Positions 1 through 6,430 of a stretch of DNA of 6,934 nt are shown here, one piece after another. Below the pieces are notes generated by a model. It made no database searches, had not been told where the DNA came from, and worked only from the letters and a program-made list of their open reading frames with translations. Source of the DNA: a virus. Its lineage: Duplodnaviria > Heunggongvirae > Uroviricota > Caudoviricetes. Both the position numbers and the translations under genes were made by a program. Numbering within the stretch: position 1 is the first letter of the stretch; each line of letters starts with the position of its first letter. Where the stretch lies: positions 1 to 6,934 of the IMG/VR virus record IMGVR_UViG_2671180828_000012; one strand, 5' to 3'.

Positions 1-20
1 ATCAGACAGGCAGGATTATT

Positions 21-3000
21 TCAGCGCATATCATAGAGGAGGTCATGGTGGATAAGGGAAAAGAGATTCTTGCAGTACGAAATGCAGCCAGCAACGAATA
101 TGGCGGGATAAACTGTGAGGTGCAGTTTGAAGACGCGGTGAATGAAAAAGGGGAACAGGTATGGCTGCCGTATACTGCAACGGAACACATCGTTCATGAA
201 CAACTGATTCCCCTGCGCCACAAATAACGGCGTGGTGTTGCCGTCCTCCGGGTTAATCATCGCAATACGGTCAGCCAGCAGCAGTATGTTGCTCAGGGGC
301 TGGCCATCAGTATCCTCAATCCCCGCTCCAATACCGGCAACATAGGGTATGCCATTTTTTGTTTTCTGTACCTTCAGCATGTAAAGTGCAGCAAGGTCAT
401 CATTTGTGTCCTTCTGCACGCGCTGTATCTGCTGTATGGTGGCGCTCTGGTCCTCCAGCGTTTTACTGACCGTCTGTGTGATTTCATTGCGGGTTTCGGT
501 GATGGTGGTCTTCATCTCCGCCATCTCATCCGCAAGCTGGCTGTTGTCTATCAGCTCCCACAGCCCCTGAGCCAGATGCAGTTTTCCTATTTTTTCCCGA
601 AACAGCCCCAGATACCCTTCTGCATCATTGCTGGCCCGTCCACTGGCTTCAACAAAAGCAGATTTCCCCACCAGGTTAACGCTGCGTACATAAAACCAGA
701 AATCCTTCCCGGGCTTAATGTGCGGGCCGGAGACAGTCCACTGACTGCCAGTCCCCAGATAACGGGCAGATTTTTCCACCTGTGCCGTGTTCGTGATGCG
801 TTTTTCTGAGAACCAGAATTCAAACTGTACCGTCGGGTCATACACCGCAAGACGCGGGACCGCTGTTATCTGAAAATACCCCGGCGTCAGTTCAATGGTG
901 GCGGGTTTTGCTGGCGCGTTAATCCGGAAGGTGGTGGTGGCCGGTTCGCCCTGCTGGCCATAACTGTTAATTGCCCTGACTGTCAGGGTGTATTCCCCGA
1001 GCGGCAGACCACTGAAACGATGCTCTGTATCCGCAGTGATAGCGGTGGTCACCAGACGGCTGTCTTCTCCGCTTCCGCTGGTCAGTCGCAGACTGAAGCG
1101 CACCCCCTTCACCACCCGCGGCGTGTCCCATTTCGCCTGTGCCAGATACTGGCCGTCAGCTGCGCTCACCTCCACCGTCAGGTGCTGCACTGCCGGTGGG
1201 ATGACGCTGTTCAGGGAGCCTGACTGCGGCTCAAAGCGGGCACCGTTATCCACGATGGCTTCTTTTTCCGGTACGTGCTGCACTGCCGTGATGGCAAAGG
1301 TGCCGTCCGTGTTTTCCCGGATGGAGACACAGCGGAACAGGCGACGACGCAGTGACGGCAGGGAGAGTCCCCATACACCGTATGTCTCCACACCATCAGG
1401 CAGGGTGCTGACCTGTATCCGGTCCGGCGCGGGGTGTGCAGTGATGGCCACGCTCACCGGCTTACCGCTGCCGTTAATCAGGTTCACCGTGGCGGCACCG
1501 GTCTCCGGCAGGGTCACCTCACGGTCCAGTGTCAGGGTGCGGCTGGCGGCATCGATGGACAGGACACGTCCGCCGGTCATGGTCCCGGCATAGTCGTTAT
1601 CACAGATTTCAATAATGTCACCGGGTGTGTGACGCAGCCCCTGTGACCCGAGCGTGAAATCCACCGTCTGCGTTTCCAGCAGTCCGGTCTTTATCACCCA
1701 CAGCCCGGCACGGTGGGCCTGACCGCGACTGGTGCAGCCGAACGCATCCATCTTCAGCAGGTTGCGCCCGTAGCGCAGTATGGCTTCCGGGTCTTCCACC
1801 AGTTCCGTGGAGGTCTGCCAGCCGTTCTGCGGGTCGGTGTAATTCACCTCCACCGCCGTGTGCCGGTCCTTCAGGGCACTGAAGCTGTAGCGAAACCCCA
1901 CGCCGTTATCATCCACCACCACATCGCAGTTGGTGTACGGCCACACCACATCCGACAGGCGGTCCTGAACAAACGTCAGCATCTGGCCGTTCCATACCGG
2001 CATACAGCGCATCGCCGAGCAGAAATCACTGAGAACATCCCACGCCTTACGCTGTTGTGCCAGGTACGCATTGAAGGTCATCCGCGGCTCGGTGCCCCCG
2101 AAGCCATCCGGCACCATCTGGTCGCAGTACTGCCCGATGGCATACAGCGCCCACTTGTCCACATCCGCCGCCCCCAGACGTTTTCCCATGCCGTAGCGCG
2201 GGTGAGTCAGCATGTCCCACAGACACCAGGCCGGATTGTTGCTGTATGCCGGTTTCAGACTGCCGTCCCAGATACCACTGTACGTGCGTTTTTCCGGGTC
2301 ATAGTTTGACGGCACCTGGATGATGCGACCGCGGATATGGTAGTTCACCGTCATCTGCTGACCACCAAACTGCTCCGCATCCACCTGCAGCCCCACAATG
2401 GCCGTGTTCGGGTAGCACTGTTTCACATCGATAATTTCAGTGTACGATGACCAGAGCGTTCTGTTCTGCAACTGGTCCGTGGTGCTGTCCGCCGTCTCCC
2501 TGACCATCCGGATGTTAAAGGGCCGGGGCGGCAGATTATCCAGAATCACCGAGGCCAGGAACTGTGAGGTGGTCTTGCCGTTAATGGTGACGTCCTTTTC
2601 CGTCACCCAGCGACCATTACGCTGTAACTGAATCAGAATCCGGACAGAGGAAGGATTACGGTCGCCCTTTGACGTGGTCTCCACCAGTGACTGCACCCCG
2701 AAGGTCACCCGCAGGCGGTCAATGTTCGCGGACGTAATGGTGCGCGTCACCGGTTTTGCCTTCGTCACTTCCACGCCCAGTCCGGTTTCAGCTCCGGAGG
2801 ACTCAAAGCCTTCAGGTGGTGTCTGCTCCTGCTCCCCGGCGCGCCAGACCGCCGTCACACCGTGTATCACGGGATTACCGTCCGTGCCCGTCAGCGGGGT
2901 TTTGTTCACCAGAATACTCTGCAGGCCTTTCACCGGGCCTTCTATCGGTCCCTCACCAATCGCATCAATCACACTCATCATCTGCGTGGATTTGAGATTA

Positions 3001-3047
3001 TCCTTCGCCTCACGAGGCGTGTGTGCCTTACCGCCACCTTTTCCCAT
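21..3047 (-). CDS. J: Lambda J-like tail tip / host specificity protein, C-terminally truncated (1008 aa versus ~1130 aa in lambda)
   Basis: Translation starts MGKGGGKAHTPREAKDNLKSTQ and is collinear with lambda gpJ as I recall it for ~955 residues, through FVAQGNQLFMNDVF. The last 53 residues (RCSIRQPYLFPFF...) are unrelated and end at TGA 21-23. ATG at 3047-3045 with AGGGGAAGG upstream. Confidence 0.9.
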   Translation of the reverse strand: MGKGGGKAHTPREAKDNLKSTQMMSVIDAIGEGPIEGPVKGLQSILVNKTPLTGTDGNPVIHGVTAVWRAGEQEQTPPEGFESSGAETGLGVEVTKAKPVTRTITSANIDRLRVTFGVQSLVETTSKGDRNPSSVRILIQLQRNGRWVTEKDVTINGKTTSQFLASVILDNLPPRPFNIRMVRETADSTTDQLQNRTLWSSYTEIIDVKQCYPNTAIVGLQVDAEQFGGQQMTVNYHIRGRIIQVPSNYDPEKRTYSGIWDGSLKPAYSNNPAWCLWDMLTHPRYGMGKRLGAADVDKWALYAIGQYCDQMVPDGFGGTEPRMTFNAYLAQQRKAWDVLSDFCSAMRCMPVWNGQMLTFVQDRLSDVVWPYTNCDVVVDDNGVGFRYSFSALKDRHTAVEVNYTDPQNGWQTSTELVEDPEAILRYGRNLLKMDAFGCTSRGQAHRAGLWVIKTGLLETQTVDFTLGSQGLRHTPGDIIEICDNDYAGTMTGGRVLSIDAASRTLTLDREVTLPETGAATVNLINGSGKPVSVAITAHPAPDRIQVSTLPDGVETYGVWGLSLPSLRRRLFRCVSIRENTDGTFAITAVQHVPEKEAIVDNGARFEPQSGSLNSVIPPAVQHLTVEVSAADGQYLAQAKWDTPRVVKGVRFSLRLTSGSGEDSRLVTTAITADTEHRFSGLPLGEYTLTVRAINSYGQQGEPATTTFRINAPAKPATIELTPGYFQITAVPRLAVYDPTVQFEFWFSEKRITNTAQVEKSARYLGTGSQWTVSGPHIKPGKDFWFYVRSVNLVGKSAFVEASGRASNDAEGYLGLFREKIGKLHLAQGLWELIDNSQLADEMAEMKTTITETRNEITQTVSKTLEDQSATIQQIQRVQKDTNDDLAALYMLKVQKTKNGIPYVAGIGAGIEDTDGQPLSNILLLADRIAMINPEDGNTTPLFVAQGNQLFMNDVFRCSIRQPYLFPFFIHRVFKLHLTVYPAIFVAGCISYCKNLFSLIHHDLLYDMR
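45..227 (+). CDS. Hypothetical protein, probable 5' fragment of a gene truncated at the prophage deletion junction (60 aa; last ~14 codons lie in antisense J-homologous DNA)
   Basis: ATG at 45 (or GTG at 48) directly preceded by AGAGGAGG (35-42), a strong Shine-Dalgarno. The ORF is convergent with J and runs ~45 nt past the point where J homology begins (~183), so the C-terminus is probably junk from fusion. No family recognised. Confidence 0.35.
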   Translation: MVDKGKEILAVRNAASNEYGGINCEVQFEDAVNEKGEQVWLPYTATEHIVHEQLIPLRHK

Positions 3048-3150
3048 ACAGCCTTCCCCTGAATAAATTAACCGCCACTTGCCATTCCGTACAGAAGTCG
3101 GATATCCTTCGCCCGAAAAGCATGAAACACATTTCTGCCATGCTAAAGAG

Positions 3151-3186
3151 AAACCCCGGTATCAGCAGATACCGGGGTTTTCTTTC
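3151..3186. terminator. Perfect 13-bp inverted repeat with 4-nt loop, flanked by T-rich sequence on both strands (putative bidirectional intrinsic terminator)
   Basis: aaaccccggtatc (3151-3163), loop agca, gataccggggttt (3168-3180) is a perfect 13-bp stem. It is followed by tctttc on the plus strand and by ctcttta on the minus strand. It lies ~100 nt upstream of the J start codon. Confidence 0.5.
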
Positions 3187-3252
3187 ATGCCCACCGATAA
3201 TCCTGTTGGTTAAAACCGGTAATGGCATAAAAATTCTGAATATCTTCACATT

Positions 3253-3280
3253 TTCACAAACTGACCGTGGCGCGTATAAT
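3253..3280 (+). promoter_or_regulatory. Sigma70-like promoter: -35 TTCACA (3253-3258), 16-bp spacer, -10 TATAAT (3275-3280), with an A/T-rich upstream tract
   Basis: Consensus -10 hexamer TATAAT and a 5/6 match to TTGACA at 16-bp spacing. The A/T-rich stretch 3219-3245 is UP-element-like. Predicted start near G3287. Confidence 0.4.
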
Positions 3281-3286
3281 TTCTCT

Positions 3287-3385
3287 GCGTTAATTTTTTT
3301 GTCGTGATATAAGAATAATTCCTTACACTTAATCTTCGTAACTCTCCCGCAGTTCCTGTCCGCGATCACTGCGGGATTTTTTTAT
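3287..3385 (+). ncRNA. Candidate ~100-nt small RNA (moron-like), antisense to the late tail operon in the I-J intergenic insert
   Basis: Bounded by the promoter at 3253-3280 and the intrinsic terminator at 3345-3392. No ATG-initiated ORF lies between them. The body is AU-rich with C/U-rich tracts (UUCCUUACACUU, CUCUCCC) and ends in a GC stem plus U-tract, as in Hfq-type sRNAs. Ends are predicted, not measured. Confidence 0.3.
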
Positions 3386-3392
3386 TCTTTTT
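3345..3392 (+). terminator. Rho-independent terminator: 9-bp GC-rich stem, 14-nt loop, U-tract
   Basis: tcccgcagt (3345-3353) pairs perfectly with actgcggga (3368-3376), followed by tttttttattcttttt. It is only terminator-like in the plus orientation; the minus-strand flank is not U-rich. Confidence 0.55.
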
Positions 3393-3609
3393 ACCCCTGC
3401 CGCCCGATAACCACGACCTTTCCGCCCCCGCCTTCATCACGGGTGCTGATGTCCTGGGATATACGGCGGGAGCCAACCAGCATTTCACCGGAGATATTCA
3501 CGCAGGGGAAATATCTTTCCCCCTCCGGCGTGCTTACCACGAAGCCGCACGACTCCGCAGGCGCACACCGCCGGGCATGCGCCAGAATCGCTGATTCAGT
3601 CTGTGTCAT
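3391..3609 (-). pseudogene. In-frame fusion remnant of tail assembly genes K (N-terminal ~42 aa) and I (C-terminal ~30 aa)
   Basis: ORF from ATG 3609 encodes MTQTESAILAHARRCAPAESCGFVVSTPEGERYFPCVNISGE, matching the lambda gpK N-terminus as recalled, then MLVGSRRISQDISTRDEGGGGKVVVIGRQG, which resembles the lambda gpI C-terminus (...GEMRVGSRVVSQEISTADEGDGGQVVVIGR). Stop TAA at 3393-3391. The K catalytic region and most of I are missing. Confidence 0.7.
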
Positions 3610-3619
3610 AAACCGGGAT

Positions 3620-4318
3620 TTACTGCGAAAGTTTATTAATGGAAAGGAAACCGCCAAAATTGCCGACATTCCTGCGCAGTTCACACCCGCGCATGCACTT
3701 GCTGCATCTGTCCTTACGGATATCCGTGGTGGGTTTATCGAACTCATCCGCCACAGCCCCGCCCGTGTAACCACACTCATCAGAGCGGTAGGTCCACATA
3801 CAGGTGTTCGCCAGCATGATACGACCGGGAAACAGCGCCCCGTCCGTCTCGGTCGGTGTGGCCAGCACAAACGAGGCCGTCATGGCTGTCAGCTGCGACA
3901 TCTGCTCCACCACCCAGCGGTCACTCAACTCCTGCTCCGGGTCCGCCGCCGGATTGCCCGCAACGAAATTCACCGCATCCAGAAAACGGGCATACACCCG
4001 GCGGCGGACCACCGTGGCCCCCACCAGACTCTGCAGGTCTTCCGCCATCCCGGTGACCAGACCGAACAGATTGGACACCGTCAGCGACGGTCTGGCACTG
4101 CTGCCCTTCCCGCTCATCTCAAAACCGCTGCCGTCAATCGGGTATGCCTGATATTGCCGCCCCTGCCAGGTGACCGGCTCCCCTTTTTCATTCAGCTCAT
4201 TACAGAAAAAATACCGCTCACCACCCTGCACCGTCAGGTCAATTTCCCAGAGTACCACCCGCGGTGACTGCTCTGATTTAACCGACTCGCTCAGACTTTC
4301 TTCGTGAATATCCTGCAT
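3620..4318 (-). CDS. L: Lambda L-like tail tip assembly protein (232 aa)
   Basis: MQDIHEESLSE...VVLWEIDLT...GGERYFFCNE...GNFGGFLSINKLSQ is full length and collinear with lambda gpL. The ATG overlaps the M stop codon (ATGA), as in lambda. Confidence 0.93.
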   Translation of the reverse strand: MQDIHEESLSESVKSEQSPRVVLWEIDLTVQGGERYFFCNELNEKGEPVTWQGRQYQAYPIDGSGFEMSGKGSSARPSLTVSNLFGLVTGMAEDLQSLVGATVVRRRVYARFLDAVNFVAGNPAADPEQELSDRWVVEQMSQLTAMTASFVLATPTETDGALFPGRIMLANTCMWTYRSDECGYTGGAVADEFDKPTTDIRKDRCSKCMRGCELRRNVGNFGGFLSINKLSQ

Positions 4319-4647
4319 CAGTTCACCACCTGCTTAAACTCCGCGCTGAACTCAACGCGCAACATCCCGACCCGCGCAGACCACCCGGCACAGGTCACCT
4401 TTATCTGCCGGTATGCATAGGGTGGCTTCCACAAAAATGCCTTCCAGCCACCGTGCTCTGCCAGGAACGCTTCCAGATGCCGGGCCTCCTCCCGGGTCAC
4501 GGAAAGCGTCACCCTGTATGTTTTCAGGTCAGCATTCAGCCCTGCCGCCATACGCTGTGAGTACCCGTCACCAAAACGCACTTCACGCACCGATGGCTGC
4601 GAGTTCACCTCCATATCCGGCTTCACTTTCCAGCGAAAGGTTTTCAT
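4318..4647 (-). CDS. M: Lambda M-like tail tip assembly protein (109 aa)
   Basis: MKTFRWKVKPDMEV...VRFGDGYSQR...MLRVEFSAEFKQVVN is collinear with lambda gpM. The start overlaps the H' stop (ATGA) and the stop overlaps the L start. Confidence 0.93.
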   Translation of the reverse strand: MKTFRWKVKPDMEVNSQPSVREVRFGDGYSQRMAAGLNADLKTYRVTLSVTREEARHLEAFLAEHGGWKAFLWKPPYAYRQIKVTCAGWSARVGMLRVEFSAEFKQVVN

Positions 4648-5840
4648 CCACCGCTCCCTGATAACATACCGCCATCACGCAACTGCAGCCGGAGTTCATC
4701 CTGTGCCCCCTTGCGGGCCATCTCATACACCGCTTTCATCAGCTGCGGCCCTGCCCGCCCGTTGGGGCCGTCGTTCTGAATCACCACGTGATTGTTCTGA
4801 TTAAAATTAATGCCTTCCGCCCGCCGCATCTGCGCCGGACTTCCGGCACCGCCGACATAACCACCTTCCGCATAGCCCCGCATCAGGCGGTACAGATTGC
4901 CGACACCAATCCGGCTGGTCGCCTCCTTCGTGAAGACAAACTCCCCGCGATGAACAATCCCCGCAGGTTCATATTTACCCCCCGTCCCCGTAAATCCCCC
5001 GGTCGCGAAATGGAAGTTCGCCGCCGCAGCCTGAATGGCCGTCCCCGTGGAGGCAGACGCACCACCACCGAAAGCACCGCCAATGGCGCTGCCGATACTC
5101 CCGACTATCCCCACCATCGCCTGCTTCAGAAAAATCTCTGTCAGCATGGACAGCACAGAACGGGTGAAACCACGCCAGTTCTGTTCGCTGCCGGTCAGCA
5201 TCGCTGCCATATTCTGTGCAATACCGTCAAAGGTCTGCGTGGCCGCGTTTTTAACCTGCGAAAAACTGTCCGTCGCACTTTCCGCCCACTCGCCCCAGCC
5301 GGACTTCATCCCGGCCATCCAGCTTCCACGAAGCTGCTCCTCCGCAGACCAGGTGTTCTTCAGTGCAGATGTGGCCTTCGCCAGCGCAGCCGGATTATCA
5401 CCGTACACCTCACGAAGGCGCTGCTCTTCCGACTCCCGCTGCGCCTGACGGTCGGTGAGTCCGCGGGCTTTTGCGCTGATTGCCGCCTGCTTCGCGCTCT
5501 GCTGCTGTTCAAACCGCGCCGCCTGCTGTGCCAGCTCATTCAGCCGTTTCTGGTGTTCAATCTTGTCGCCCAGCTCAGCCAGCTGGCGTTTGTACTCCAG
5601 CGTTTCTTTCTCATGGGCCAGCAGGGATTTTTCCTGCTCAGATACCATGCGGCATTTAGCGGCATTCATCGTACACTCAACGGTTAGCTCTTCATTCGTG
5701 GCATTCACCTGAAAGGTCCGGGAGTGTAATTGCGTACATTTACCACTGAACGAACCTTCAACAAGAACACGACCACGCTGCAAAATACGGAACGGAATTG
5801 TTCCCTGAAAAGGCTTTACGGTTACCAGTAATTTCTTCAT
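4644..5840 (-). CDS. H: Chimeric tape-measure protein: foreign ~61-aa N-terminal module fused in frame to the C-terminal ~335 aa of a lambda H-like tape measure (398 aa)
   Basis: From SEQEKSLLAHEKETLEYKRQLAELG to the end (...KAVYEMARKGAQDELRLQLRDGGMLSGSGG) it is collinear with the lambda gpH C-terminal third as recalled. The N-terminus MKKLLVTVKPFQGTIPFRILQRGRVLVEGSFSGKCTQLHSRTFQVNATNEELTVECTMNAAKCRM is unrelated. ATG at 5840 has GGAG 7 nt upstream. The listed ORF start at 5858 is a TTG and less likely. Confidence 0.8.
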   Translation of the reverse strand: MKKLLVTVKPFQGTIPFRILQRGRVLVEGSFSGKCTQLHSRTFQVNATNEELTVECTMNAAKCRMVSEQEKSLLAHEKETLEYKRQLAELGDKIEHQKRLNELAQQAARFEQQQSAKQAAISAKARGLTDRQAQRESEEQRLREVYGDNPAALAKATSALKNTWSAEEQLRGSWMAGMKSGWGEWAESATDSFSQVKNAATQTFDGIAQNMAAMLTGSEQNWRGFTRSVLSMLTEIFLKQAMVGIVGSIGSAIGGAFGGGASASTGTAIQAAAANFHFATGGFTGTGGKYEPAGIVHRGEFVFTKEATSRIGVGNLYRLMRGYAEGGYVGGAGSPAQMRRAEGINFNQNNHVVIQNDGPNGRAGPQLMKAVYEMARKGAQDELRLQLRDGGMLSGSGG

Positions 5841-5863
5841 GCATTCTCCGGATAACAAAAATA

Positions 5864-6331
5864 CTAGTTAATACACTGAGTGCGGATATAGTCCTGCGCC
5901 CCTTCCAGTTGCTTCTGCATTGTCATCAACCGCTCTCTGAGGGTGAAATAATCCCGTTCAGCGGTGTCTGCCAGTCGGGGGCCGGTTGCATTATCCACGC
6001 GGGCGGTGCCGGTGGCTTCACGCACGGAACCTGGACAGGTGGCGTTGATACGCAGGCTGCGGCGACCAGCGGCAACGTCAGCGCGCAGAGTTTCATTTTC
6101 AGCTCTCGCATCGGCTAACTCCTTTGTGTATTTTTCATCCAGCGCAACAACATCACGCTGACGCTGCTGCATGTCAGTAATGGTTGTGTTTGCCAGCTCC
6201 AGCTCTCTGGCTTTTTTATCGCGCTGCGCTTTGTAGGTGATGGCGTTATCGCGGTAATGATTCAGCCCCAGACTAAGCACACCACAGGCTACCAGCAGGA
6301 CAATAATCACCACACACAGAACACGGTTCAT
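5864..6331 (-). CDS. Rz: Rz-like i-spanin (inner-membrane spanin subunit, 155 aa)
   Basis: [48 protein letters not shown]...[29 protein letters not shown] is collinear with lambda Rz: N-terminal transmembrane segment then coiled-coil periplasmic domain. ATG at 6331; the longer ORF listed to 6415 is an upstream extension. Confidence 0.9.
   Translation of the reverse strand: MNRVLCVVIIVLLVACGVLSLGLNHYRDNAITYKAQRDKKARELELANTTITDMQQRQRDVVALDEKYTKELADARAENETLRADVAAGRRSLRINATCPGSVREATGTARVDNATGPRLADTAERDYFTLRERLMTMQKQLEGAQDYIRTQCIN
5926..6111 (-). CDS. Rz1: Rz1-like o-spanin (outer-membrane lipoprotein), fully embedded in the +1 frame of Rz
   Basis: [61 protein letters not shown] has a signal peptide with lipobox-like AAAC and a proline-rich body, and is collinear with lambda Rz1. 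Confidence 0.85.
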   Translation of the reverse strand: MRELKMKLCALTLPLVAAACVSTPPVQVPCVKPPAPPAWIMQPAPDWQTPLNGIISPSESG

Positions 6332-6332
6332 A

Positions 6333-6419
6333 TCACCACCAACGGATTGCCCAGACCAGAACAGCAATGGCCACAATACGAATGGCAAATGCCATTGCCC
6401 GAATAAGTTCAGCACTCAT
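6333..6419 (-). CDS. Possible 28-aa hydrophobic peptide ([28 protein letters not shown]) whose stop lies 1 nt before the Rz start
   Basis: ATG at 6419-6417, TGA at 6335-6333, Rz ATG at 6331. The product is essentially one transmembrane helix. The RBS is weak (AAAAAG) and the frame is open a further ~30 codons upstream without an ATG, so it may be a gene remnant. Confidence 0.2.
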   Translation of the reverse strand: MSAELIRAMAFAIRIVAIAVLVWAIRWW

Positions 6420-6430
6420 CTTTTTAAAGT

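Noticed and set aside
988-2309. Plus-strand ORFs of 201 aa (988-1593), 67 aa (1020-1223), 70 aa (1434-1646) and 198 aa (1713-2309) inside the J region
   Set aside because: They are antisense to a well-supported J coding frame, have Arg/Pro/His-rich low-complexity translations typical of reverse-strand frames in GC-rich genes, and lack convincing start contexts.
3023-3312. Plus-strand ORF (94 aa from GTG, or 63 aa from ATG 3122) across the I-J insert
   Set aside because: It reads straight through the perfect 13-bp hairpin and the promoter elements, and has only a weak RBS. The non-coding regulatory reading explains this region better.
3028-3369. Minus-strand 113-aa ORF spanning the I-J insert and running into the J start
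   Set aside because: It initiates at GTG with no Shine-Dalgarno, runs antisense through both the promoter and the terminator hairpin, overlaps the J start in another frame, and is Lys/Phe-rich as expected for an AT-rich non-coding frame.
3253-3392. Equating the candidate sRNA with a named prophage-encoded sRNA from pathogenic E. coli
   Set aside because: I cannot confirm sequence identity to any named sRNA from memory, and I do not see a clear CA-rich mimic motif. A name would be a guess, so it stays an unnamed candidate pending a database search.
3443-4267. Plus-strand 274-aa ORF, and nested 115-aa and 66-aa ORFs (3804-4151, 3856-4056)
   Set aside because: Antisense to L and the K::I remnant. 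The translations are Arg/His/Pro-rich and implausible as proteins. L on the minus strand is strongly supported.
4788-5712. Plus-strand ORFs of 299, 137 and 85 aa opposite the H' gene
   Set aside because: Antisense of the tape-measure coding frame; low-complexity Arg/Leu/Pro-rich products; no RBS evidence.
5841-5858. Longer 404-aa version of the H' ORF starting at 5858
   Set aside because: The codon at 5858-5856 is TTG with no RBS, whereas the ATG at 5840 has GGAG at good spacing. I annotate the 398-aa form.
6332-6415. N-terminal extension of Rz to 183 aa ([20 protein letters not shown]...)
   Set aside because: Lambda Rz as recalled begins at the Met corresponding to MNRV... (6331). The extension has no start context and overlaps the 28-aa ORF in another frame.
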